Shown here: piece by piece, positions 1 through 8,604 of the stretch
Position numbering within the stretch: position 1 is the first letter of the stretch
Layout of the letters: each line of letters opens with the position of its first letter
Assembly: GCA_036012755.1 (NCBI GenBank)
Contig: DASCPX010000031.1
Location: 1-64,000 of the forward strand
DNA: 64,000 bases
Direction: 5' to 3'
Source: Myxococcota bacterium
Lineage (GTDB): Bacteria; Myxococcota_A; UBA796; CAJQPC01
Made by a program: the position numbers and the translations under genes
The notes under the pieces: generated by a model
What the model was told of the DNA's origin: nothing
The model's database searches: none
Seen by the model: only the letters and a program-made list of their open reading frames with translations

Positions 1-2552
1 TCGTCCGGCTCGGCGTAGTTGTACCAGTCCTGGTAGTAGGGGTTGTAGTAGGTCTTCCGGTAGGGGAAGCCGCTGGCGATGCGGTAGTTCCAGCCGACCA
101 TGTAGCCAGCGTCCACCGGACCGATCTGCCAGATCTGCGGCCGCTCCTGCGTGCCGATGAGCTTCAGCGCGTGGGTCCGATCGAAGGCGAGATAGCCCTC
201 CTCGAGCGGGATCTGGGGGTAGAAGTCGTAGGCCGCCGTGGCTCCCTGGTCGCTGGCCGTACCGTAGGCTCGGGACCAGACGTAGCTCCCCTGGACCCAC
301 CACTGGTTGAGACGACCGGTGAGGACGAACTCGACGCTGTCGTAGTCGACGTAGCGCTCGGGCGAGGTGCGGAGGCGGTAGATGGCCTCTGTCGTGCCGT
401 TGCGGCCGCCGAGCAGCTGCGTGGCGTCGTCGTTCCAGATCAGGTTGACCTCGTCGTCCTCCCAGAAGCCGCGAGCGTGCTTCTTGCTGTAGTTGACGTC
501 GAGGGCGAAGGAGTCGCCGAGGGCCTTGGTGACGCCGAAGTCCACCGCGTCGGAGGTCGGCGGGTTCAGGTCGTCGTGGGCAAGGAAGGTCGAGGCGCCG
601 CTGGAGGAGGCCTCTGTGCTCCAGTCTCCGGTCTGCTCGTCCCAGTTGTAGACGCCGTAGCCCTGCGAGCGCTGGCGCAGCAGGTCGCTGATGTAGAGGA
701 AGCCGGGATCGACGAAGCGCCCGTAGTAGGCGTGCACGCTGGTCCGCCCGTCACCCAGCAGGTCGAAGGCCACGCCGAAGCGGGGACTGACCGAGACGTC
801 CGTGAAGATGGTCTCGCCGGCGTCGTCGCGCAGAGTCGGGTTGTCCATGCGCACACCGGGGCGCAGGGTGAGCCGCGGAACCGGCTGCCAGACATCCTGA
901 AGGAAGACACTGAAGATCTGTCCGGTGAGGTCGGCCTGGTTGTTGTTGTCGTAGCGGACGGTGTAGGCGGGCGTGTAGCCCTCGAGGTCCGCCGGGCCGT
1001 TCTCTCCGTAGGAGTAGTAGTCGATGCCGTCGTTGCTCTCGATGCCGGGGATGACGGTCTGCGAGGTCATCCGGTCGGCCTCGATGCCGAGCTTGACGCG
1101 GTGCTCGCCGGCGGCGTGCACGAACCAGGACAGCTTGGAGGACAGCGCCATGCGCTGACGCCTGGTGAGGTAGGCGTATGGAGCGGGACCGTAGCTGAAG
1201 CCGTCGGGGTCGGCGGCTGACCAGCCGGTGCCGAAGTCGTCAGCGCAGCTGCCGTCTCCCGAGTTCCAGTTCTGGCAGTCGTCCCAGAGCACCGGGTAGT
1301 ACTCGATGCGGTTCTTCATCCAGGTGAACTGGGTCTCGACGTTGACCGCGGAGCTCGGCATCCAGATGTGGCCGAGGCTGGTGATCGAGCCCCCCTGCTT
1401 CTGGATGGTCTCGGCCGAAGGCAGGGTGTAGGCGTACTGCTCGACGTTCGAGATCTTCGTGGGATCGGAGTGCCCGGAGAGCCAGATGCGGTGGCTGCTG
1501 TTGGGCTGCGCCGTGACCTTCAGGAAGGCGTAGCCGCTCTTCCAGTCGCGAGGCGCCACCTCGCTCATCTCGTCCCCGGTGAGGGGATCGGGCCCGGAGG
1601 GGCGGCCGACCTCGTCGTTGTCGAAGGTCAGGGCCGTCCGGTCCAGGTTGCCCTGGCCGCTGGCGAAGAACCAGACCTTGTCCTTGACGATCGGACCGCC
1701 GACGTTCAGGGCCAGCGAGGTGTCCAGGTAGGCGTCCTCTGCGTCGGGATCGTCCTCTGCGTCGGGATCGTCGTAGGAGGCGTCGAAGGGTCGAGGGGTG
1801 TAGACCTTGAAGCGATGGTCGGAGTAGCGGACGTTCGCGCTGAGCTCGAACTCGTTTCCGCCGCTCTTGGTGACGACCTCGATCGCCCCACCGAGAGCTC
1901 GGCCATACTCGGCGTCCATGCCGCCAGTGATGACCTGGACCTCCTTGATGGCGTCGTAGTTCATGTTCGCGGCGAAGGTGTTCGTCACCGGGTCGGTGAC
2001 GTTCACGCCGTCGACGAAGAACTGGTTCTGGCTGTCGAGCCCGCCGCGCACGTTGGCGTTGCCGCTGCCGACGACGCCAGGCGCCAGGCCGATGATCGAC
2101 TGGTAGTCCCGACCCGCGGTGGGGAGGTTCTTCATCTGGTCCGCGGACAAGGTGAGGCCGGTCCGCACGTTCTCCGTGTCGACGACCGGGACCTCCTCCT
2201 CGACGATGATCACCGTCTCGGCCTCTGCCGGACGCAGGGTCATCTGGAGCGTGGCGGTGCTGCCCATGTTCAGGCGGACACCGTCGGCGGCAGAGGTGTG
2301 GAAGCCCGGCAGGCTCGCCTCGACCCGGTAGACGCCGACCGGGAGCGCGGCGACGAGGAAGCGTCCGCTGGCGTCCGTCTGCACGCTGCGGGTGCCGATC
2401 AGGTCCTCCGAGCTCACCACGACCGCGGCACCGGGGACTGCGAGGCCCGAGGTGTCCTGGACCTGGCCCTTGATCTGGCCTGTGATCTCAGCAGCTTGGG
2501 CGGAGACGGAGATAAAGAAGAGCCACAGCAGTGGCCAGATCCGCGACAGCAT
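1..2552 (-). CDS. TonB-dependent receptor, Oar-like, with N-terminal carboxypeptidase-regulatory-like domain (3' end runs off window)
   Basis: Read manually on minus strand from ATG 2552: MLSRIWPLLWLFFISVSAQAAEITGQIKGQVQDTSG...LPTAGRDYQSIIGLAPGV...FFVDGVNVTDP...AEYGRALGGAIEVVTKSGGN (plug motifs); missing from ORF track because it is open at the edge. Confidence 0.9.
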   Translation of the reverse strand, partial: MLSRIWPLLWLFFISVSAQAAEITGQIKGQVQDTSGLAVPGAAVVVSSEDLIGTRSVQTDASGRFLVAALPVGVYRVEASLPGFHTSAADGVRLNMGSTATLQMTLRPAEAETVIIVEEEVPVVDTENVRTGLTLSADQMKNLPTAGRDYQSIIGLAPGVVGSGNANVRGGLDSQNQFFVDGVNVTDPVTNTFAANMNYDAIKEVQVITGGMDAEYGRALGGAIEVVTKSGGNEFELSANVRYSDHRFKVYTPRPFDASYDDPDAEDDPDAEDAYLDTSLALNVGGPIVKDKVWFFASGQGNLDRTALTFDNDEVGRPSGPDPLTGDEMSEVAPRDWKSGYAFLKVTAQPNSSHRIWLSGHSDPTKISNVEQYAYTLPSAETIQKQGGSITSLGHIWMPSSAVNVETQFTWMKNRIEYYPVLWDDCQNWNSGDGSCADDFGTGWSAADPDGFSYGPAPYAYLTRRQRMALSSKLSWFVHAAGEHRVKLGIEADRMTSQTVIPGIESNDGIDYYSYGENGPADLEGYTPAYTVRYDNNNQADLTGQIFSVFLQDVWQPVPRLTLRPGVRMDNPTLRDDAGETIFTDVSVSPRFGVAFDLLGDGRTSVHAYYGRFVDPGFLYISDLLRQRSQGYGVYNWDEQTGDWSTEASSSGASTFLAHDDLNPPTSDAVDFGVTKALGDSFALDVNYSKKHARGFWEDDEVNLIWNDDATQLLGGRNGTTEAIYRLRTSPERYVDYDSVEFVLTGRLNQWWVQGSYVWSRAYGTASDQGATAAYDFYPQIPLEEGYLAFDRTHALKLIGTQERPQIWQIGPVDAGYMVGWNYRIASGFPYRKTYYNPYYQDWYNYAEPD
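1733..1772. repeat. 18-bp in-frame tandem duplication (cgtcctctgcgtcgggat x2.2), encodes DDPDAE x2
   Basis: Exact copies at 1733-1750 and 1751-1768. Confidence 0.9.
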
Positions 2553-2728
2553 CTGGGGAACCTCGGAGGCGGGGCGGCTGACGGCCCTAACGCACCCGAA
2601 AGCCCTGGCAAGTCGTGCAAAATGCCCGCTCGGACATGATCACCTGCGCGCGCGAGTTGTTTCCCCACCAACAGCTGCATAGGGGTCCTGTGCACTTGCA
2701 TCTCTGGCCGGCGAGCCGGGAGGAACAG

Positions 2729-3259
2729 ATGGAACTGAAGCAGAAGGGCGAGGCTGCAAACGTCGGCAGCTTCAAGCAACTCCTGGTCACCATGAAGTGG
2801 ACGACCGCGGCGGACTTCGACCTGGCGGCCTGCTACCAGCGTCAGAACGGGCAGTACGGACTGATCTACTTCGGCGACCTCGGCAACCTGAACGACTTCC
2901 CCTACATCCAGCTCTCGGGTGACGAGGGACAGGGGGACACCGGCGGCGACAACGAGGAACAGCTGCGCATCACCAAGCTCGACGACATGAAGTCCGTGTG
3001 GCTCATCTGTTGGGACTACGGCCAGGTCCAGAAGGGCGCACCGGCGCGCTTCGCGGACTCGGACGTCAGCCTGAACGTGATGGACGACTCCGGCACCAGC
3101 CACGACGTCAGGCTCGACGCGGGCACCTTCGGGAACACGGCGATCATCGCCGCGATCGAGAACAGCGCCATCGGCAGCAAGATCACCAACATGTCCAAGG
3201 CAGGTACGCTGAAGGGCCTCACCAACCTCCAGCAGCTGCTCGACATCATCAACTCATGA
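2729..3259 (+). CDS. TerD-family stress protein
   Basis: GGAGG RBS before ATG 2729; W...DFDLAA, FPYIQLSGDEGQGDTGGDNEEQLRI TerD-like motif. Confidence 0.75.
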   Translation: MELKQKGEAANVGSFKQLLVTMKWTTAADFDLAACYQRQNGQYGLIYFGDLGNLNDFPYIQLSGDEGQGDTGGDNEEQLRITKLDDMKSVWLICWDYGQVQKGAPARFADSDVSLNVMDDSGTSHDVRLDAGTFGNTAIIAAIENSAIGSKITNMSKAGTLKGLTNLQQLLDIINS

Positions 3260-4008
3260 GCTCACTCGACAGCTGGGCCCAGGAGATCCTCGACGACGGC
3301 GTCATCGACGCCGACGAGGTCAGCCAGATCCGGGAGCGCCTCTTCGAGGACGGCGTCATCGACCGGGAGGAGGCCGAGTTCCTCTTCCTGCTCAACGACG
3401 GCGCCACCGACGCGGACGAGTCCTGGGGCGTGCTCTTCGTCGAGGCCCTCATCGCCCACCTCCTCGAGGACGACGAGTCCCCGGGCGCGGTGGACGAGGA
3501 CGAAGCGACCTGGCTGATCGAGCACATCGAGGGTGATGGGGTCGTCGACGAGATCGAGCTCGCCCTGCTGGTGGCGCTGACGGCCAACGCCGCCGAGTGC
3601 CACGAGAGCATCAACGCCTTCACGCTGGCAGCGCTGAAGGCAGCGGTCATCGAGGACGGCATCATCGACGACGACGAGGCCGTGATGATCCAGGCCGTGA
3701 TCTACGGCCAGGGCGGCGGCTCTGGCGCCGACGTCGACCGCGCGGAGGCCGACTTCCTCTTCGACCTCAACGACGCTACCTCCGGCAACGACAACTGCGC
3801 CGCCTGGGAGCGGCTCTTCGTCGAGGGCATCGTCCAACACCTGCTCTGCGACGACGACAGCGCAGGCACCATCGGGGCCGCCGAGACCGTGTGGCTCGTG
3901 GAACGCATCGAAGGCGATGGCCAGGTCGACGAACTCGAGCGTTCTCTCCTGGTCCGCCTTGGCGACGAAGGAGTCACCCTGCCCGAGCGCCTCGCGGCGC
4001 TGCTCTAG
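3256..4008 (+). CDS. Acidic TerB-like protein with two internal repeats
   Basis: ATGA overlap with upstream stop; repeats DGVIDADEV...DREEAEFLFLLND and DGIIDDDEA...DRAEADFLFDLND. Confidence 0.65.
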   Translation: MSSLDSWAQEILDDGVIDADEVSQIRERLFEDGVIDREEAEFLFLLNDGATDADESWGVLFVEALIAHLLEDDESPGAVDEDEATWLIEHIEGDGVVDEIELALLVALTANAAECHESINAFTLAALKAAVIEDGIIDDDEAVMIQAVIYGQGGGSGADVDRAEADFLFDLNDATSGNDNCAAWERLFVEGIVQHLLCDDDSAGTIGAAETVWLVERIEGDGQVDELERSLLVRLGDEGVTLPERLAALL

Positions 4009-4047
4009 CCCCCTGTACCGGCCCCCTTCGGCCCGCGGAAGCTGACG

Positions 4048-5184
4048 ATGATGCTCGCTCTCTCAATCGCAGTGGTCGTGCTCGCGTCCGTCGTGATCAT
4101 GTACGCCTGCGACCCCTTCGAGGACGCCTCCGGCTACCTCGGCCGCAACATGCCCCCGGGGGTCCAGGGGGCGACGATCAACGCCATCGCCTCGAGCCTT
4201 CCGGAGCTCCTGACGACGACCTTCCTGCTCTTCCTCTACCACGACCAGGACGGCTTCACGGGTGGGGTCGCGACCTGCGCCGGCAGCGCGGTCTTCAACG
4301 CGGTCATCATCCCGGCCCTGTGTGTCCTCGCGGTCATGTACAAGGGCGTGAAGCAGAAGGACGGGAGCTGGCTCAAGGTCCCGCACATCACGCTGGATCG
4401 CTTCACCGTCATCCGCGACGGCGCCTTCTTCATCCTCGCCGAGCTCGCCCTGATCTACTTCCTCGGCGACAGCGTCATGAAGTGGTGGATGGGCGGCGCG
4501 CTCATGGCGATCTACCTCGTCTACTTCGGCGTCCTGATGTGGCAGATCAAGACCCAAGGGGGACAGGACGACGATGACGACGACGACGACGATGACGATG
4601 ACGACGGCGAGGAGAAGTCGAAGCTCAAGGCGCTGTTGACCTTCGACTTCAACGAGCTCTTCTTCGGAGGCGCCGCGTTCACGACCGGCCGCGCCTGGGT
4701 CGTCCTGGGCATGGCGGTCCTCGTCATCGGCGTGGCCTGCTACGGCCTGTCCTGGGCGGTGGTCGAGGCAGCCCAGCAGCTCGACGTCCCGCTCTTCTTC
4801 ACCACGGTCATCCTCGCCGCAGCCGCGACGAGCGTCCCCGACACGGTCATCTCCGTCCGCGATGCCATGGACGGCGACTACGACGACGCGGTGGCCAACG
4901 CGGTCGGCTCCAACATCTTCGACATCTGCGTCGCCCTGGGCTTGCCGCTGTTGGCATATGGACTCATCTACGGCGACATCACGCTCTCCAGCGACCTGGG
5001 GGACGCCGCCGATGTCCAGATCCTGCGCTGGGGGCTCTTGGCCACCACAACCGTTGTGCTCGGCCTCTTCCTCATCGGAAAGAAGATCGGCAAGGGCAAG
5101 GCCATCGCGCTGTTCTCCCTCTACGGCGTGTGGCTCGCCTTCGTGGTCTGGCGCGCCCTGTTTGCGACCACACCCCTGATCTGA
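4048..5184 (+). CDS. Ca2+/cation antiporter (CaCA) family Na+/Ca2+ exchanger, NCKX-like
   Basis: alpha-1 GATINAIASSLPE...GSAVFN and alpha-2 AAATSVPD...GSNIFDI repeats, many hydrophobic segments, central poly-Asp loop. Confidence 0.9.
   Translation: MMLALSIAVVVLASVVIMYACDPFEDASGYLGRNMPPGVQGATINAIASSLPELLTTTFLLFLYHDQDGFTGGVATCAGSAVFNAVIIPALCVLAVMYKGVKQKDGSWLKVPHITLDRFTVIRDGAFFILAELALIYFLGDSVMKWWMGGALMAIYLVYFGVLMWQIKTQGGQDDDDDDDDDDDDDGEEKSKLKALLTFDFNELFFGGAAFTTGRAWVVLGMAVLVIGVACYGLSWAVVEAAQQLDVPLFFTTVILAAAATSVPDTVISVRDAMDGDYDDAVANAVGSNIFDICVALGLPLLAYGLIYGDITLSSDLGDAADVQILRWGLLATTTVVLGLFLIGKKIGKGKAIALFSLYGVWLAFVVWRALFATTPLI
4567..4605 (+). repeat. GAC/GAT trinucleotide tract encoding 13 consecutive Asp
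   Basis: gac gac gat gac gac gac gac gac gat gac gat gac gac. Confidence 0.95.
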
Positions 5185-5199
5185 CCCAGGAAGGAACTC

Positions 5200-6399
5200 A
5201 TGGAACTGAAGCAGAAAGGTGCCAACGCCCAGATCGGCTCGTTCAAGCAGCTCAAGGTCTCGCTGATCTGGACCTCCGCGGTCGACCTCGACCTCATGGC
5301 CTTCTACAAGACCAGGGACGGCCGCACGGGGGGCGTCTACAGCGACGGCTACGCCGGCGGAAGCCTGGGCGATCTGAACGCCTTCCCCTTCATCCAGCTC
5401 TCCGGCGACGAGGGTGTGGGCGCCACAGGCGGTGACAACCAGGAAGATCTGCGCATCACGAAGCTCGACGACTTCGAGGAGATCTACATCTGCGCGCTGA
5501 ACTTCACGGACGCCTCGAACCCGGCCCAGAAGGTCTTCGCGAACTACGACGCGCGCGTCGAGGTCATCACGGATCGGGGCGAGTCCCACATGGTCAAACT
5601 CGACAGCCAGAAGCAGGGCTGCGTCGCCGTCATCTGCAAGTTCCAGTCGAGCTTCATGGGTGCCCAACTCGTGAACGACTCGATGGTCATGGGCCTGGAG
5701 GAGTTCCGCAGCACGGTCCCGGGCTCCGCGGACCTCAAGGTGCAGTCGAAGGTGACCCTGGCCCAGAAGGGCGACTCCTTCGCGCTCAAGCCCAAGGTCG
5801 TCGCGGGTCAGCGCGGGGGCAACGAGCTCGTCATCAACCTGAACTGGAACGAGCACCCGGAAGAGAAGAAGGGCTTCTTCGCGTCGCTCTTCGGCGGCGA
5901 CGAAGAGATCGACCTGGACCTCGGCGTCTTCTTCGAGTCGAAGGTCGCCCACCCGGACACCCACGAGCCGATCAAGGCCTGTGTCCAGCCGCTGAACCAG
6001 GGGCTCCTGCAGCAAGGGCAGTTCAACGACTTCCCCTGGATCTACCACCTGGGCGACGACCGCACGGGCGGAGTGGCCGAGGGCGAGTTCGTCAAGATCA
6101 ACCTGGAGCACCGCGACATGCTGCGGCGGGTGATGGTCTTCACCTACATCTACGAGGGCGCGGCGAACTGGGCCCAGACAGACGGTGTCGTGAGCGTCAA
6201 GGCCCCGGGCTGTCCGGAGCTCATCGTGGAGCTCGGCAAGTCGAGTGACTCGCGGACCTTCTGCGCGATCTGCTGGATCGACTTCCTGGATGACGGCAGC
6301 ATGAAGGTCACCAAGTGCGCCACCTTCCACGACGACCACGTCGCCGCGGACCGCACCTACGGGTGGGGGCTGAAGTGGGTTGCCGGCTCGAAGGACTGA
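5200..6399 (+). CDS. TerD-like domain fused to TerA-type C-terminal domain
   Basis: N-half paralogous to 2729 gene (MELKQKG..GSFKQL..PFIQLSGDEG); C-half INLNWN..IDLDLG..PWIYHLGDDRTG..GEFVKIN..VMVFTYIYEGAANW..YGWGLKWVAGSKD. Confidence 0.75.
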   Translation: MELKQKGANAQIGSFKQLKVSLIWTSAVDLDLMAFYKTRDGRTGGVYSDGYAGGSLGDLNAFPFIQLSGDEGVGATGGDNQEDLRITKLDDFEEIYICALNFTDASNPAQKVFANYDARVEVITDRGESHMVKLDSQKQGCVAVICKFQSSFMGAQLVNDSMVMGLEEFRSTVPGSADLKVQSKVTLAQKGDSFALKPKVVAGQRGGNELVINLNWNEHPEEKKGFFASLFGGDEEIDLDLGVFFESKVAHPDTHEPIKACVQPLNQGLLQQGQFNDFPWIYHLGDDRTGGVAEGEFVKINLEHRDMLRRVMVFTYIYEGAANWAQTDGVVSVKAPGCPELIVELGKSSDSRTFCAICWIDFLDDGSMKVTKCATFHDDHVAADRTYGWGLKWVAGSKD

Positions 6400-6475
6400 G
6401 GCGGGCAGACGCGGCCTCTACAACATGTAAGCTGACAACTGGCACCTCGTTCACAGGGCCCGCCCGGAGGCCGGC

Positions 6476-7747
6476 ATGCTCGACCAGCTGAAAGGACTGC
6501 GCTTCTCCTACGAGGCCAGCCTCTTCTCGAAGCTGTGCAACGTCCTCGGCGACGAGCTGACGAGCAAGGGCGACCACGTCGTGCGCGAGCAGTTCCACGC
6601 CCGCAAGCGCCACCTCCTCGGCGACGCCGTGCGCATCACAGAGGACCTGCTCCCCGACGTCCACCGGCAGTACCAGGCCTGCCTGTCGCTGCTCGGTGGA
6701 GACCTCGTTGGAGACCTCTACGTCGTCCAGAATCCCGAGTACAACGCCAACATCCTGGCCCACGGCAGCCGCTTCGACCTGCTCGTCCACTCCTCGCTCC
6801 TGCGCGACTTCGACCGCGACGAGCTGAACTTCGTCATCGGACACGAGCTCGGACACGTCATCTTCGAGCACAGCAACTTCAGCATCCACGAGGTCTTCCA
6901 GAAGAAGGAAGGCATGGTCGACCCGTTGACCGCCGGGACGATAATGGCCTGGTCCCGAGCCGCCGAGGTCAGCGCGGACCGCATCGGGATGCTCTGCTGC
7001 GGCACCCTCGGAAAGGCGGTCACCGCCTTGTTCAAGATCTCCAGCGGCCTGTCCGGGATCTCCGAGAACGCCATGCTGCGCTCCTTCCGCCAGCAGTACG
7101 ACGAGCTGACCTCGCACATCGACGACCGCGGCCAGGGCCACGAGTGGGTTCGGACCCATCCGATGATCCCGATCCGCTTCAAGGCCATCGAACTGGCCGC
7201 CCTGGACCTCGTCGCGATGCGAAGCAGCGGGGGCAAGGCCTTCAGCACACGGGGCTTCCGCTCCATCGACTCCCAGATCGCCCGAATCCTCGAGGCACTC
7301 GACACGCGCTCCGCGCCCAAGCCTCGAAAGCTGCCGCAGAGCAAGCAGCAGCTGGCCTGCATCATCACGATGCTCTACGTCGGGCTCGCCAATGGGAATC
7401 TGGACTCGGCCGAGCGCTCCACCCTCACCGACGTCCACCGCGCGCTCGACTGCCAGGCGCCGCTGGATCAGATCATCGGCCCCGCCTGCCAGCGCCGGGG
7501 CGCCTTCCTCCAGGCCGCCGAGACGGAGATCCGGAACCGCGCCGGACGCCTGCACCCGGACGACGTGCGCCTCATCCTGTCGATGGCTGCGGCGATGGCG
7601 ATGCACTCCCGCGGCATCCTGCCGGTGACGCGCTCCTCGCTGCACAAGGCGGCCAGCGCGCTCTACGCCGATCCGGGGGTCTGCGAGCGCGCCATCCGCG
7701 AGGCCGAGACGGGCCGCCCGAGCGCCGTGGACCTGCTCCGCCGCTGA
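6476..7747 (+). CDS. M48-family zinc metalloprotease with possible C-terminal TerB-like domain
   Basis: NANI, FVIGHELGH (HExxH), WSRAAEVSADRIG, THP motifs; GGAGG RBS. Confidence 0.8.
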   Translation: MLDQLKGLRFSYEASLFSKLCNVLGDELTSKGDHVVREQFHARKRHLLGDAVRITEDLLPDVHRQYQACLSLLGGDLVGDLYVVQNPEYNANILAHGSRFDLLVHSSLLRDFDRDELNFVIGHELGHVIFEHSNFSIHEVFQKKEGMVDPLTAGTIMAWSRAAEVSADRIGMLCCGTLGKAVTALFKISSGLSGISENAMLRSFRQQYDELTSHIDDRGQGHEWVRTHPMIPIRFKAIELAALDLVAMRSSGGKAFSTRGFRSIDSQIARILEALDTRSAPKPRKLPQSKQQLACIITMLYVGLANGNLDSAERSTLTDVHRALDCQAPLDQIIGPACQRRGAFLQAAETEIRNRAGRLHPDDVRLILSMAAAMAMHSRGILPVTRSSLHKAASALYADPGVCERAIREAETGRPSAVDLLRR

Positions 7748-7756
7748 AGAGCCGAA

Positions 7757-8566
7757 TCAGCGCGCGCAGCGGACTCCGAGCCCTCCGTAGTGGAACTCGG
7801 GACCGTGGAAGGTGCGGTTGCGGGTGCGGAGGTCCTCTGCCGACCCGATGCCGCCGCCGCGCATCACCCGGTAGGACTCGTCGCTGCCATCGACCCACGC
7901 GCTGCCGTCGTCCGGGGCACCGACATAGCCATCGTGCATCCAGTCCTCGACCCACTCGAAGACGTTGCCCCCCACGTCGCAGAGCCCTTGCTCCGTGTCA
8001 CCATCCGGGAGAGAGCACACCGGTTCGGTCACCTGGCCGCAGTCTCCCTGGGTGAAGTTGGCCCGCGTACAGGAGGGAGGGGCCCAGCCCCAGGGGAAGG
8101 GGGGCGGCTGACCTCCGCTGCGGGCGGCGTACTCCCACTCGGACTCGGAGGGCAGCCGGCCGCCGGCCCAGGCGCAGAGCTCGACCGCCATGTCCCAGTC
8201 GATGCAGTTCGCCGGCAGCCCGGCCTCCGGCTCCTCCTGGTTACAGCGCCCCACTGCCGGCTCGTCCCCAGGCCACAGCCGGCATGAACCGTCATCGACG
8301 CACGCGCGGTGCTGTTCGGCTGTCATCTCCGAGATCGTGAGCTCGAACCCGCGGAGCGTCACCGCGTGCGCCGGCTGCTCGAGCTCCTCTCCAGCGCCCG
8401 CGGACCCCATCCGGTAGGCGTCCGCGCAAAAACTGACCCAGCAGACACCTCGCTCGTCGCAGCTCTGCTCGCCAAGGACACAGCTGGGGTCGGCCTGTGG
8501 ATCGCTGTCGAGCGTCTCGGCCGCGCTGTCGACCTCGGTCCCGGTACACGCAAAGAGCAACCACAC
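7757..8566 (-). CDS. Formylglycine-generating enzyme (SUMF1/FGE-sulfatase) domain lipoprotein
   Basis: RLPSESEWEYAAR, FPWG, GLCDVGGNVFEW, RVMRGG, GVRCAR; GTG start VWLLFAC. Confidence 0.85.
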   Translation of the reverse strand: MWLLFACTGTEVDSAAETLDSDPQADPSCVLGEQSCDERGVCWVSFCADAYRMGSAGAGEELEQPAHAVTLRGFELTISEMTAEQHRACVDDGSCRLWPGDEPAVGRCNQEEPEAGLPANCIDWDMAVELCAWAGGRLPSESEWEYAARSGGQPPPFPWGWAPPSCTRANFTQGDCGQVTEPVCSLPDGDTEQGLCDVGGNVFEWVEDWMHDGYVGAPDDGSAWVDGSDESYRVMRGGGIGSAEDLRTRNRTFHGPEFHYGGLGVRCAR

Positions 8567-8573
8567 GCCTCGA

Positions 8574-8598
8574 ATCGTAGCCCCGCCGGTGGCATCCT
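8574..8598. promoter_or_regulatory. Back-to-back putative -10 hexamers for two divergent leaderless genes
   Basis: TACGAT (minus, 8579-8574) 7 nt before GTG 8566; CATCCT (plus, 8593-8598) 6 nt before ATG 8605; 38-bp gap with no SD. Confidence 0.55.
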
Positions 8599-8604
8599 GC
8601 CTGC

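Noticed and set aside
2605..2622. Sigma-54 promoter-like TGGCA...TGCA upstream of the ter cluster
   Set aside because: GG-to-GC spacing is 8 nt rather than the required 10
171..2639. Long plus-strand ORFs 171-1220 and 1368-2639
   Set aside because: Antisense shadows of the TonB receptor, typical of high-GC DNA; the same applies to most overlapping ORFs in the track (e.g. 4063-6339, 46813-49107, 52249-54282)
3560..3580. E. coli Chi-like GCTGGTGG octamers given the presence of recBCD
   Set aside because: Scattered copies are expected from Leu-Val codons in GC-rich DNA; Chi is species-specific and enrichment cannot be tested here
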